A stretch of 64,000 nucleotides of DNA, from positions 5,193 to 69,192 of the forward strand of contig CAYGXM010000004.1 of NCBI GenBank assembly GCA_964354105.1. Direction: 5' to 3'. This DNA is from Candidatus Woesearchaeota archaeon. GTDB lineage: Archaea; Nanobdellota; Nanobdellia; UBA10117. The translations under genes were made by a program, and so were the position numbers. Shown here piece by piece: positions 16,368 through 26,319 of this stretch; within the stretch, counting starts at the first letter, position 1, and each line of letters starts with the position of its first letter. The notes under the pieces were generated by a model, which was given only the letters and a program-made list of their open reading frames with translations, was not told where the DNA came from and did not search any database.

Positions 16368-16874
16368 TTAGAATTTGTATACCTCATATTTATAGTATTC
16401 TGCAGTTACTGTTTCTTTCCAATCTGCAATCACATCTGGGAATTTCCCTCGGATTTCATTTTTCAGTGAGGCGAGCTCTGTAGCAGATTTCGAAAGTATG
16501 ACAAAGAAAAGATCATAATCGCCTATTACCGAAAATACAATTATGATTCTATCATGATTTTTCAAATAAGCTAGAAATCTTTTGAATGAGTCATCAGTTA
16601 TGTTCTTCAGCTTGACATAAACCTGCGAGTCAATCGGCAGGCCAAATTGTTGCGGATCTGGAATCGCGCAAAGCCTCATTATTGCGCCAGATTCAAGCAT
16701 CTTGTCCATCCTGCCCTTGACGCCATCGATGGACATACCTACTTGTCTCGCTATTTCCTTGAGTGTCGTTCGGCTGTTTTGACTCAATAAATTGAAGATT
16801 TTTTTGTCTTTCTCATCTATTTTCACTATTTTTTTGCTTTTTTTATCGGTTTTAGCTGTATTTTCTAGGGCCAT
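16368..16874 (-). CDS. Lrp/AsnC-family transcriptional regulator
   Basis: N-terminal wHTH 'IDEKDKKIFNLLSQNSRTTLKEIARQVGMSIDGVKGRMDKMLESGAI' plus a C-terminal RAM-like domain. Confidence 0.8.
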   Translation of the reverse strand: MALENTAKTDKKSKKIVKIDEKDKKIFNLLSQNSRTTLKEIARQVGMSIDGVKGRMDKMLESGAIMRLCAIPDPQQFGLPIDSQVYVKLKNITDDSFKRFLAYLKNHDRIIIVFSVIGDYDLFFVILSKSATELASLKNEIRGKFPDVIADWKETVTAEYYKYEVYKF

Positions 16875-16982
16875 ATTACCTTAAAAATACGCTGTAGTAT
16901 ATAAATTTACCGATTTAATCGTTAAATTTAGCAAAAAAGCTTATATAATATAACTGCTATATTGTAACATAAAGAATTGAAA

Positions 16983-17369
16983 ATGGGAAAACCGTTAACA
17001 CTTGAAGAAGCCTTGAAGCTGAAAGAAGGGGATGAAATATATTTCATTGAAGACCCTGCTTGGCAAAACCGACGCCTTACCGTTACTATGACTCGTACAA
17101 CTCCTGTAAGCATAGCACAAGTTACAGAACATACAAGGTCATTCGCAAAATATGCGGGAACTCCTATCGGCTCTAAGGACTACAAAAACCAGCTAAAACT
17201 CTTCATGAGCAGATTCATAGACGGCGTTGAAATAGCTGCTGACGATCTCACTAAGCCTTTACGAGAAAGAAAGGGCAAGACGGTGTACGCTGGAACAGAT
17301 TATTTTCCGCACACAAACTATTCGAAAACTCCTGGACCTGCAGAATCTGAAGAGGCGAAAAAATGGTAA
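16983..17369 (+). CDS. hypothetical protein
   Basis: The track start 16977 is TTG; the ATG is at 16983. ATGGTAA overlap with the next ORF. Confidence 0.4.
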   Translation: MGKPLTLEEALKLKEGDEIYFIEDPAWQNRRLTVTMTRTTPVSIAQVTEHTRSFAKYAGTPIGSKDYKNQLKLFMSRFIDGVEIAADDLTKPLRERKGKTVYAGTDYFPHTNYSKTPGPAESEEAKKW

Positions 17370-17935
17370 AATTCAAAGAACTGGCATGGGGCTTGGGGGA
17401 AGTGCGAAGCATAGGATTTACTCGCCATGGCCAAGATGAATATTATTTGCTAGCTGCTAGAGATATGCAAGGAGCTGCCTGGGGCGTTAACACTCCTAAA
17501 AGAATGCACTTCAATCCAAAGCGGGATGATAAATATCAGATTTATGACATTGACTTGGCCACGTTAATGAATGTCAACGTCCCTCTAGAAGATATCAAAA
17601 AAAAGAAAATTAGCATAGAAGACATTGAAATATTCGAAACTGAAGAGCTTGCAAATAAAGCAAGTGGCTGGGTAAAAGATCCAAAACTTAAGGAAATTGT
17701 ACCGCTATTCGACCCTATGGGAAAAGGAATTTACTTGCATTACAGAGAACAGCCCAAAGAGAGTTTACAATATTATTGCAACAGCTGCATAGCGAATAAC
17801 AAAGAACCTACTGGTGAAAACGACGAGCGCATTGATTGGCTAAAGAGCTACCTGAAAGCGCAGAAAATACCATTTGAAATCGAAAAGTCGACATTTAAAG
17901 ATGCACCACATCCTGATCGCATTACAGTTAAGTAA
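17363..17935 (+). CDS. hypothetical protein
   Basis: 190-aa ORF coupled to the previous one. Confidence 0.4.
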   Translation: MVKFKELAWGLGEVRSIGFTRHGQDEYYLLAARDMQGAAWGVNTPKRMHFNPKRDDKYQIYDIDLATLMNVNVPLEDIKKKKISIEDIEIFETEELANKASGWVKDPKLKEIVPLFDPMGKGIYLHYREQPKESLQYYCNSCIANNKEPTGENDERIDWLKSYLKAQKIPFEIEKSTFKDAPHPDRITVK

Positions 17936-17964
17936 AATACTGTAATTGCAAAGAATTTATTTTG

Positions 17965-20157
17965 TTAAGGAGTAGGGCAAAGTGTTGATGCACACCATCC
18001 TGCTGTTTCTGCATGAGCCACTACATATGGCTCTGCTTCTGGCTTTTCTTTCTGCTCTAACTCTCCGATGTAGAGAACTTGCTCTGCTTTGCTTCCATAA
18101 CGGTAGACTGTTATGCCCTTGCACTTTAATTTGAAGGCTAGCTCGTAAGCTTTCTTTACGTCTTCAACAGAAGCATTTGGCGGGAAATTAATTGTCTTGC
18201 TGACTGCATTGTCTGTATATTTCTGGAATGCTGCCTGCATCTTTACATGCCATTCTGGTTTTATATCAAGAGCTGTTACGAAAACATCTCTTACATCTTT
18301 TGGAATCTCCTTGAAGTTCTTTATGCTGCCTGTTTTTGCAATCTTGTTCATCAATTCTTCGCTGTAGAAGCCTCTTGCTTTGGCAACATCTTCAAAAATA
18401 TGGTTTGTTTCCAATAAACGCGTGCCTTCCAGCACATTTCTTACAAAAGAAACTGCAAATAACGGCTCAATTCCGGAACTGCAGTTTGCAATTATTGATA
18501 TTGTGCCTGTCGGAGCAATTGTTGTGCAGGTTGCATTCCTCATATTTTTGATTTTTTGCTTATCCCAGCTGCTGCCCTTGAAGTTCGGGAAACTTCCCCG
18601 ATCTCTACCGATTTTTTGTGAAGCTGCATGTGATTCATCATTTATGAATTTCATCAATCTCTCAGCTAACTTTAATGCAGCATCTGAATCATATCTGATT
18701 CCTAGCATGAGTAATAAATCAGCCCAGCCCATTATTCCTAAGCCTATTCTCCTGTTGGCTTTTGTCATCTGCTCTATCTCAGGAATAGGGAACCTGCTTG
18801 CATCAATAACATTATCCAAAAAGTGCACGGCCTTTTGTGTTATTTTCTTGAATTTCAGCCAATCAATCTCATATTTTCCATTTTTCAGCTTGTGTGTGAT
18901 CTTTGTTAGATTAATTGAACCTAAATTGCAGCTCTCATATGGATGCAGAGGCTGTTCTCCGCATGGGTTCGTTGCTTCAATTTCGCCTATTTGAGATGTT
19001 GGATTTTTTCTGTTGATTTCATCTATGAAAATAACCCCTGGATCTCCTGTTTTCCATGCATAATTTAAAATCAGCGACCAAATTTCCCTGGCTTTTACTT
19101 TCTGGACGGCTTTTCCTGTTCTCGGGTTTATCAATTCAAAGTCTTTGCCTTTTGCAACAGCTTCCATAAAAGCATCTGTTACTGCAACAGACAAATTGAA
19201 ATTAGTTAAAACATTCTGCTGGGCCTTTGCAGTTATAAATTCAACAATATCGGGATGATCAACACGCAAGATGCCCATGTTTGCGCCTCTGCGTTTTCCG
19301 CCCTGCTTGATTACATTTGTTGTCTGGTCAAAAATTGTTGCAAAAGTTACGGGCCCTGATGCTACTCCTTTTGTGCTTCTTACTAAATCTCCTTTTGGCC
19401 TCAACCTGCTGAAGCTAAAGCCTGTACCGCCAGCCTGCTGCTGGACAATTGCCATGTGCTTCAATGCAGTAAAGATGCCATCTAACGAATCTGGAATTGG
19501 AATTACATAACATGCTGATAAAAGTCCGAGATTTGTGCCTGCATTCATCAGTGTTGGAGTATTTGGCATGAATTCCCTGCTTGCAAGCATGTCATAGAAT
19601 TCTTCTTCGGCCAGCTTTGCGCCGGCAGCAGTTGCGCCATAATTCCTGTCGACATCTGATATGGCATGTGCAACTCTCTTGAAAAGCTGTGCAGGGTTTT
19701 CAATAACCTTGCCCTGCTCGTTTCTCAGCAGATATCTTCTTTGTAAAACAGTAAGGGCATTAAGGCCTAGTTTTAATTCATCTCTTATTCCAAGAAGAGA
19801 CTTTGCAGCCCTTTCCTCTGCTCTCTTTTGCCTGTAAAGAATGTAAGCTTTGGCTACTTTGGAGAAGCCTTTCTTCATCAAAGTTTCTTCAACTAAATCC
19901 TGGATATGCTCGACTGCAGGGGTTTTCCCGATAAATTTCTTCTCAAGGATTTTAACAACTTCATCAGCCACTTGCCTTGATTTAAGGCCATTTGGCTCTG
20001 CAACAGCCTCAAAAGCCTTCAAAATAGCACTTCTAATCTTCTCTGGCTGGAATTGCTCTAATTCTCCTGTTCTTTTCTTTACTTGAGAAATCGCGCTAGT
20101 TTTAGGTGCCTTGGATACGGCGACCTTAGTCGCTTTTGCCTTTTTCGGCTTCTTCAT
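17965..20157 (-). CDS. nrdJ: class II (adenosylcobalamin-dependent) ribonucleotide reductase with N-terminal ATP-cone
   Basis: ATP-cone 'VKKRTGELEQFQPEKIRSAILKAF'. 'MPNTPTLMNAG', 'LSACYV', 'NPCGEQPLHPYESCNLGSINL', 'TIAPTGTIS', and a C-terminal Cys pair 'CASTLC'. Confidence 0.9.
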   Translation of the reverse strand: MKKPKKAKATKVAVSKAPKTSAISQVKKRTGELEQFQPEKIRSAILKAFEAVAEPNGLKSRQVADEVVKILEKKFIGKTPAVEHIQDLVEETLMKKGFSKVAKAYILYRQKRAEERAAKSLLGIRDELKLGLNALTVLQRRYLLRNEQGKVIENPAQLFKRVAHAISDVDRNYGATAAGAKLAEEEFYDMLASREFMPNTPTLMNAGTNLGLLSACYVIPIPDSLDGIFTALKHMAIVQQQAGGTGFSFSRLRPKGDLVRSTKGVASGPVTFATIFDQTTNVIKQGGKRRGANMGILRVDHPDIVEFITAKAQQNVLTNFNLSVAVTDAFMEAVAKGKDFELINPRTGKAVQKVKAREIWSLILNYAWKTGDPGVIFIDEINRKNPTSQIGEIEATNPCGEQPLHPYESCNLGSINLTKITHKLKNGKYEIDWLKFKKITQKAVHFLDNVIDASRFPIPEIEQMTKANRRIGLGIMGWADLLLMLGIRYDSDAALKLAERLMKFINDESHAASQKIGRDRGSFPNFKGSSWDKQKIKNMRNATCTTIAPTGTISIIANCSSGIEPLFAVSFVRNVLEGTRLLETNHIFEDVAKARGFYSEELMNKIAKTGSIKNFKEIPKDVRDVFVTALDIKPEWHVKMQAAFQKYTDNAVSKTINFPPNASVEDVKKAYELAFKLKCKGITVYRYGSKAEQVLYIGELEQKEKPEAEPYVVAHAETAGWCASTLCPTP

Positions 20158-20273
20158 CCCTTAACTTTAAGGCAGCTTAGCGATATAAGTTTTCTGTGTT
20201 CACCTAAAGAATAGAAAACTAAAACAAGTTGCAATATTGAATTCAATATAGAATCTTTAAGCGCCAGTCAGTT

Positions 20274-20789
20274 CTATTCTCCTTCTACTTCTATGTACTG
20301 ATGAAGCTGAATATCCTTTTCTTTGAAGTTAAAGCCGTATTTGTTAATCATTTCCACAATCTTTGCTTTTTGGCTTAAGCCTTTTAGCAGCTTTTTTTCA
20401 CTGGCTTTTTCGTACCCCACCATCGTCGAATGATGCAATAAAGCTATGCCAAATAATTGATCATCGCCCAGCCAGGTATCATTGCTTATGAAACATAAGC
20501 GTTTAAGGTTGCAGTCAGCGTCAGATGCAAAAATATCACTATCTTCGAGGCTTTCAACAACATCTCCGCTAGGTAAAACATAGCCAAGCTGGAAGTCTTT
20601 ATCCATGTAGGCTTTTTCTCTATCGTCCATAGGCATGTCAGAGTATTCGTCTAATGTAGTTTTGGATAAAATATGACTTGGAATACTCTTATCCTTAAAA
20701 TCCTTCCATTTAGGATTAGATTCTATTACTTTTTGTTCTAGACTTAATTTAACGCCTAGTATCAACGTGTAGTTGGAATAGTTTCCCAT
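20274..20789 (-). CDS. hypothetical protein
   Basis: 171-aa ORF. Confidence 0.4.
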   Translation of the reverse strand: MGNYSNYTLILGVKLSLEQKVIESNPKWKDFKDKSIPSHILSKTTLDEYSDMPMDDREKAYMDKDFQLGYVLPSGDVVESLEDSDIFASDADCNLKRLCFISNDTWLGDDQLFGIALLHHSTMVGYEKASEKKLLKGLSQKAKIVEMINKYGFNFKEKDIQLHQYIEVEGE

Positions 20790-20840
20790 GTTCGTTAAGA
20801 TAAAAGATAGTGATTTAAAGCATCCGCAAAATTATTGATT

Positions 20841-21419
20841 TTATAGTTTATATTTTTTAATTACGTCTTCAGAAAGGCCAATTCCTGGCAAAAATGATGC
20901 GCACTCCCTGCTGCAAACATAATCTGTAAGCTGGACTATAAGCTCATTCGTTGTAGGTTTTAATGCCCTTTCTGCTTCTTCTGCTGGCTGGGACCACCTG
21001 CCCATATGATACCGCACACAATTACAAATAGCTTCTTTTTCAGGCTGTTTTAAAGGAAATTGCTGTAACCACACATAAGCAATAAGGCCATGAGCGCTAT
21101 GTGTTTTGTTTCCCCAGAGGATTCCATTTTTCCGAATATCGTGCAAGAGCCAACCTGAACCCACAATATCTGCATCTAATTCAGAAATATCATAAAAGCG
21201 CGCTAACTCTGGAACCACATAGGCGCCTTTTATTTTATGTCTGAGTATGCCTCCTTCGCCATTGTCCTCAGGAGGATGATGTTTCCCTGAACTGCTGCAG
21301 GGAGCTATCCAAAATTCAGGCGGCGCATTATCCAAGGCAAGTTTTGTAAATTTTTTAATGTCCGTATCATGAATCTTTTCAATTTGCTTATACAAGCTAC
21401 TAATCAAATCTCTATTCAT
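20841..21419 (-). CDS. HD-domain phosphohydrolase
   Basis: 'GKHHPPED' and 'LLHDIRK' (H...HD signature). 192 aa. Confidence 0.6.
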   Translation of the reverse strand: MNRDLISSLYKQIEKIHDTDIKKFTKLALDNAPPEFWIAPCSSSGKHHPPEDNGEGGILRHKIKGAYVVPELARFYDISELDADIVGSGWLLHDIRKNGILWGNKTHSAHGLIAYVWLQQFPLKQPEKEAICNCVRYHMGRWSQPAEEAERALKPTTNELIVQLTDYVCSRECASFLPGIGLSEDVIKKYKL

Positions 21420-21532
21420 AATTAAAATAAAAATGTTAAAGTTAAAAGAGTTGCTAAAGGAAATCTCTTAACATAGATTAAGCCTATGAACATGCGCATC
21501 CTAGGCGGCTTACAGACCTTAAGAACTTCAAA

Positions 21533-22147
21533 TCAGCCCAAGCCAATACTTCTCAAAAGCTTCTTTTTATCCCTGCCAGATACATGCTGGCCCCACATGA
21601 CAAAAACTCTGTTGATTTGGCCCCAACATTTCCTTGGGGCAATTTTCATTAATTCCCTTTCAGTTTGTTCTGGTGTCTTTGTCTTTACCAGGCCTAAAAC
21701 GTTTGAAAGCCTGTGAATGTGCGTGTCTACAGCAATAACTGATTTATTTTGAGATAGCAGGGCTATATTTGCAACTTTCCTGCCAACACCAGGAATCTTA
21801 AGCAAATCTTCGATTTTATCTGGAACTTTTCCCTTGAAATCTTTGATCAGTATCTTGGCAGCTAAAATAACATGCTTTGCTTTTGTTTTATTGTAGTTTA
21901 AACTCTTGAATGTCTTAAGGACATCAACGTATTTTGCATTCGCCAGTTTCTCGAGCGTATTGTATTTTCTAAATAGCTTTTCTGCAATTCTAATTGTTGT
22001 GGCATCCCTGCTTTGCGCAGACATTATTGTTGAAATCAAAGTCTGCCAATCGTGTTTCCAGCCTTCTGCAGCCAATCTTCTGTCCACGTGCCAGTATTTC
22101 TTTTTGGCTGCATTGAAAACATAAAGAAAATATTTTCGTTTGTCCAT
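21533..22147 (-). CDS. nth: endonuclease III-like HhH-GPD DNA glycosylase (no Fe-S cluster cysteines)
   Basis: 'LLKIPGVGRKVANIALL' and 'AVDTHIHRLSNVLGL' retain the catalytic K and D positions. The C-terminus has one Cys instead of the C-x6-C-x2-C-x5-C loop. Confidence 0.75.
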   Translation of the reverse strand: MDKRKYFLYVFNAAKKKYWHVDRRLAAEGWKHDWQTLISTIMSAQSRDATTIRIAEKLFRKYNTLEKLANAKYVDVLKTFKSLNYNKTKAKHVILAAKILIKDFKGKVPDKIEDLLKIPGVGRKVANIALLSQNKSVIAVDTHIHRLSNVLGLVKTKTPEQTERELMKIAPRKCWGQINRVFVMWGQHVSGRDKKKLLRSIGLG

Positions 22148-22251
22148 TTTCCAATTAGAACGCCTTTGTTTTTAAGTGTTAAGGCCATTAAGCTTTCTTC
22201 ACGAAACATAAGACATAAGAGCTTCCATGCGAGCAAAGCGAGCCATCCGCA

Positions 22252-22776
22252 TTATACAATCATAGGCGCTATTTGGGCAAAGCCTACGCCTACATAATAA
22301 GTTATGATTGCTGCTATCAGGCCGATTGCAGCTGTTCTAATGCCAGTCAGCATAATATTATTGCCTACAGATTTAGCCGCATAAGCGCCTACTGCGAACA
22401 AAAATATGGTGCTAAAAATAATTGATGCTGCTAAATGTGCTATGTGTGGTGTCAGGAATGGCACTAGTGGAATAAAGCCCCCACCCATTGTAGCCAGCCA
22501 GAACACTATGCCTTCGGATAGCGGTTTGTGAACTTTCTTTTTTGTGACTTCTTCCCTAAATTTGGCACCAGAATACGAAGAAAACCCCATTGAGATTGCT
22601 TCGGCCAGCATTGCAGAGAAGCCTGCAACCAATATCAGAAGATTATTATTTGTGGCGCCGTATACACCTGCTATCACAGCAAGGGTTGATATTGTTCCGT
22701 CTGTTGCGCCAAAGATTTCATCTCTAAGCCGCTCTGTCTTAACTCCTATCAATCGCTTGCTGAATAGCTTTACCAT
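22252..22776 (-). CDS. VIT1/CCC1-family Fe/Mn transporter-like membrane protein
   Basis: 'FGATDGTISTLAVIAGV' plus multiple hydrophobic helices. TAATG overlap with the upstream ZIP gene. Confidence 0.65.
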   Translation of the reverse strand: MVKLFSKRLIGVKTERLRDEIFGATDGTISTLAVIAGVYGATNNNLLILVAGFSAMLAEAISMGFSSYSGAKFREEVTKKKVHKPLSEGIVFWLATMGGGFIPLVPFLTPHIAHLAASIIFSTIFLFAVGAYAAKSVGNNIMLTGIRTAAIGLIAAIITYYVGVGFAQIAPMIV

Positions 22777-23549
22777 TATACTCCAAAGAATGCACTGAGA
22801 ATTACCATAATAGCAATGCCTAAAACCATTGTTGCTGTTTGTATAATGACGTGTTTTAGCTTGCTGGCCTCGTGCTTTAACTCTGGCATCAAGTCAGCTG
22901 CAGCAATGTAAATGAAGCCGCCTGCTGCAAAAGCTATCAATAGCGGAAGCTGCGGCTTTACGAAATCTGCGAAGAAGAACAGCCCAAGCGCGCCGACAAA
23001 TGTTGCAACTGCAGAAAGCACATTATAGCCTATAACTTGATATCTGGAATATCCTGCGCGTATTAGCACGCTGAAGTCTCCGATTTCCTGCGGTATTTCG
23101 TGGAAGAATACTGCAAGTGCTGTGATAAAGCCCAAAGGTATGCTAATGAGAAATGTTGCTGCAATAACAATGCCGTCTATAAAATTATGTATGCTGTCTC
23201 CAGCAATGACGAGCGGGCCATAGGGCTTTGTAGCTTTTGGATGCTCTTTGTAGTGATCTTCATGGTGATGGTGCCACACAAGCAAACGCTCAGTTATAGA
23301 AAATATAATTATGCTTATCAAAACCATAAGCCAGGCAGCTTGTGACGGTTCTGATAACTCCAGGGCTTCAGGCAGCAAATCAAAAAATGCAGCTCCAAGC
23401 AAAGCTCCTGCGGCAAAAGATATAAAAAAATCAGATAATCTTCTTGCCAGCTTCTCGCGCCAAAGCAAGACCACGCCGCCAATCAAGCCCAAGAAACTAC
23501 CTAATACACATAACCCTAATATGTATGGAAGTTGCGCCAAGTCAGCCAT
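22776..23549 (-). CDS. zupT: ZIP-family divalent metal (zinc) transporter
   Basis: 'HNFIDGIVIA', 'FFHEIPQEIGDFSVL' and a His-rich loop 'HHHHEDHYKEH'. Confidence 0.8.
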   Translation of the reverse strand: MADLAQLPYILGLCVLGSFLGLIGGVVLLWREKLARRLSDFFISFAAGALLGAAFFDLLPEALELSEPSQAAWLMVLISIIIFSITERLLVWHHHHEDHYKEHPKATKPYGPLVIAGDSIHNFIDGIVIAATFLISIPLGFITALAVFFHEIPQEIGDFSVLIRAGYSRYQVIGYNVLSAVATFVGALGLFFFADFVKPQLPLLIAFAAGGFIYIAAADLMPELKHEASKLKHVIIQTATMVLGIAIMVILSAFFGV

Positions 23550-23698
23550 AATTCAAACATTACATCGGCATATATAAAGTTTAAGCTAAAGGGTTATCTC
23601 TATGATTTTGTAAAGCATAGCTTGTAAGGTTTTATTGGATAACTAGCCTTAGTTCTGGCTATCATCCAATAACGATTGCAGACTTTGAGAGCTATCCC

Positions 23699-26176
23699 TT
23701 ATCCACACTTAGAGAAACCACAGTTATGGCAAATCATGCAGCCTTCACTTATTTCCAGGATGCCTTGGCATTCTGGGCATTCCGGCAGGACGCCTGCATC
23801 TGCAACTGAAATCTTATTGTTGTTAATTTCCTTTTCTTTTGCAATTAATTGCGTCTGGTTTTGCGCCTCTGCGAATTCTGTCAGCTGTGTCTGGCCAAGA
23901 TTTGCGTGGACAGTCAATATTTTTGCTATTGCATCAGGAATAGAATGCACTACTCCAAGTTTGGAGATGGTAGGCATTGGCCCTCTTATGCCCCTCAACT
24001 GTTCAATTATATTGTCCACTGGCATTCCTGCTCTCAAAGCAAGAGAAACTAATCTGGATATGGATTCGCATTTTGCTGCAAGAACTCCGCCGCTTTTCCC
24101 TATTGTGGAGAATAATTCAAATGGCTTACCTGCAGCGTCGTCATTAATTGTGACGTATAAATTGCCGTATCCTGTTTTTATTTTGTAAGTTTTCCCCTCT
24201 AGCGATTCTGGCCTGCTCTTTGGCGTAACAACTGTTGTCATTGGTTGCGGCATAACTACAGTTTGAGCGGCCGGCTCTTTTTTTACATTTATGACTTGAA
24301 TTTGCCGAGAGCCATCACGGTAAACTGTAAGGCCTTTGCAGCCTGTTTCCCAGGCCAGCCAGTATGCAGCAAGAATTTCTTCCTTGCTGGCTGAATTCGG
24401 GAAGTTTATTGTTTTTGAAACTGCATTATCAGTGTATTTCTGGAAAACTGCCTGCATTCTGATATGATCTTCAGGCGTCAAATCATGCGCAGTTACAAAA
24501 ATTTTCCTGACATCATCTGGAATTTCTTTCATCTCAGCTATACTGAACTTCTTTGACAGCTGCTGCATCAATTCTTCGCTGTAAAAACCGCGCTCCTTTG
24601 CAATTCTTTCAAAATAAGGATTGCATTCATACAATGTAAATGTCGGCGTGTGCCTCTCGTAAGCAATTGCAAAAAGTGGTTCAATTCCTTGGGATGCATT
24701 TGCAATTACAGCAATAGTGCCTGTTGGCGCAATTGTTGTGCAGGCAGCATTTCTGGTGCCATGTTTCTGCGCTTCGCTCCTTACCAAATTCCAATCTAGC
24801 TGGGAATCTTCTCTTCTGTACATGTCTTTCGCAATTTCAGGATTCTGCCAGACCGATATCTTGAAGTTCGGGAAAGGGCCGCGCTCTTTTGCCAAATCTA
24901 TAGATGCCAGATGGCTGTGATAATTGATAAACTCCATAACTCTTTCCGCTAATTTCAGAGCCTTGTCAGAGTTGTATGGTACTCCTAATAAAATAAGCAT
25001 GTCCGCCCAGCCCATTATTCCCAAGCCGATTTTTCTATTGCCTCTGGTCATGGCAGCTATCATGGAAAGAGGATAATTGTTCATGTCAACAACATTATCT
25101 AAAAATCTTGCAGCAAGATGCACTGCTTCTTTCAGCTTGTCCCAGTTAATTGTTCCATCTTCTACAAATTTTCCAAGGTTTATGCTGCCTAAATTGCATG
25201 ATTCGTATGGCTGCAAGGGCTGCTCGCCGCAAGGATTTGTGCTTTCGATAAGGCCCAAGGCAGGAACGACATTCGTTTCAGGGCAATTCATCCTGTCGAT
25301 AAAAACTATGCCGGGCTCGCCATTCAGCCATGCATTCTCAGCAAGCACCTTAAACATGGCTTTTGCCCTTCTCTTGCCAACAGCTTCTTTTGTGTGCGGT
25401 GCAATTAATTCATATTCTTCATCTTTTTCAAAAGCACCCATGAATTTGTCCGTGACTGCGACAGATAAATTAAAGTTGGAAATTTGGCCTTCTACATTCT
25501 TGCAGTGAATCCATTCCTCTACATCAGGATGGTCAATGCGTAGAATTCCCATGTTTGCTCCGCGTCTTGTTCCTCCCTGTTTAATCGATTCTGTGCCTTC
25601 ATTCAAGACTTTCAGCCATGAGACAGGTCCTGATGCTTCCCTTCCTGTTGACTTTACAACAGCTCCACGATGCCGACATCTTGAAAAACTAAAACCAGTG
25701 CCTCCTCCAGTCTTGTGTATTATCGCAGTATTTTTTACAGCATCAAAAATTGAATCCCTTGAGTGTTCATCCCCTATAGAATCTTCAATCGGAAGGACAA
25801 AGCAGGCAGAAAGCTGTTGGAGTTTGCGGCCGGCATTCATCAATGTTGGGGAATTTGGCATGAATTCTATGGATATCATCATTTTATGGAATTTATCTGC
25901 CCATTCTTTCACCAGAGTTTTCTTTTTCTCGTCTTTCTCTATTAAGCCATACAATTCTTCTTTAGAAATATCTGTAGAAATATTAAATTTATAGAAAACT
26001 TCTGCGCAGGCAGTATTCCAGGCAACGCGCCAGAACATTTCTTCAGGCGTCTCTATAACTTCGCCATTATCATTTCTCGCCAAGTATCTCTTTTCGAGAA
26101 CGGTAATAGAAGATGGGGACAATCCTAGCAGATTTTCATATGTTTCGACACTAAAGGCCAAGCCACGCACCTCCAA
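23699..26176 (-). CDS. nrdJ: class II ribonucleotide reductase, long form with C-terminal zinc-ribbon tail
   Basis: 'MPNSPTLMNAG', 'LSACFV', 'NPCGEQPLQPYESCNLGSINL', 'TIAPTGTIA', C-terminal 'CPECQG...CHNCGFSKCG'. No ATP-cone. The apparent start is TTG, with no ATG in the open frame upstream of the conserved core. Confidence 0.88.
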   Translation of the reverse strand: MEVRGLAFSVETYENLLGLSPSSITVLEKRYLARNDNGEVIETPEEMFWRVAWNTACAEVFYKFNISTDISKEELYGLIEKDEKKKTLVKEWADKFHKMMISIEFMPNSPTLMNAGRKLQQLSACFVLPIEDSIGDEHSRDSIFDAVKNTAIIHKTGGGTGFSFSRCRHRGAVVKSTGREASGPVSWLKVLNEGTESIKQGGTRRGANMGILRIDHPDVEEWIHCKNVEGQISNFNLSVAVTDKFMGAFEKDEEYELIAPHTKEAVGKRRAKAMFKVLAENAWLNGEPGIVFIDRMNCPETNVVPALGLIESTNPCGEQPLQPYESCNLGSINLGKFVEDGTINWDKLKEAVHLAARFLDNVVDMNNYPLSMIAAMTRGNRKIGLGIMGWADMLILLGVPYNSDKALKLAERVMEFINYHSHLASIDLAKERGPFPNFKISVWQNPEIAKDMYRREDSQLDWNLVRSEAQKHGTRNAACTTIAPTGTIAVIANASQGIEPLFAIAYERHTPTFTLYECNPYFERIAKERGFYSEELMQQLSKKFSIAEMKEIPDDVRKIFVTAHDLTPEDHIRMQAVFQKYTDNAVSKTINFPNSASKEEILAAYWLAWETGCKGLTVYRDGSRQIQVINVKKEPAAQTVVMPQPMTTVVTPKSRPESLEGKTYKIKTGYGNLYVTINDDAAGKPFELFSTIGKSGGVLAAKCESISRLVSLALRAGMPVDNIIEQLRGIRGPMPTISKLGVVHSIPDAIAKILTVHANLGQTQLTEFAEAQNQTQLIAKEKEINNNKISVADAGVLPECPECQGILEISEGCMICHNCGFSKCG

Positions 26177-26234
26177 AGTGCAATTACTTTGTTGAAGATT
26201 TTGTTTAACGCAAAAAATTTTATTTTTTGCGGGA

Positions 26235-26302
26235 TAGCTGAATAAATTCAGCTATAAAAACATTTATTCACTCGAGTAAATGTTTGCTTGAGTAAACATT
26301 TA
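26235..26302 (-). promoter_or_regulatory. nrdJ(long) 5' region: palindrome plus mutually exclusive hairpin arms
   Basis: TAGCTGAAT-AA-ATTCAGCTA (26235-26254). AAACATTTA occurs at 26258-66 and again at 26294-302, either side of the complementary TAAATGTTT (26277-85). Confidence 0.35.
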
Positions 26303-26319
26303 ACAAAGGCGATGTTATG

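Noticed and set aside
20234-20249. Shared operator for both nrdJ genes (ATATTGAATTCAATAT here versus TAGCTGAAT-AA-ATTCAGCTA at 26235)
   Set aside because: Both contain TGAAT/ATTCA half-sites at similar distances from the starts, but the half-site spacing differs (-2 versus +2). AT-rich palindromes are expected by chance in this low-GC DNA, and this one may just be the terminator of the upstream gene.
17965-26176. Inteins in the ribonucleotide reductases
   Set aside because: The conserved RNR blocks are contiguous in both proteins. The extra length of NrdJ-2 is a C-terminal extension with a zinc ribbon, not an internal insertion with intein splice-junction residues.
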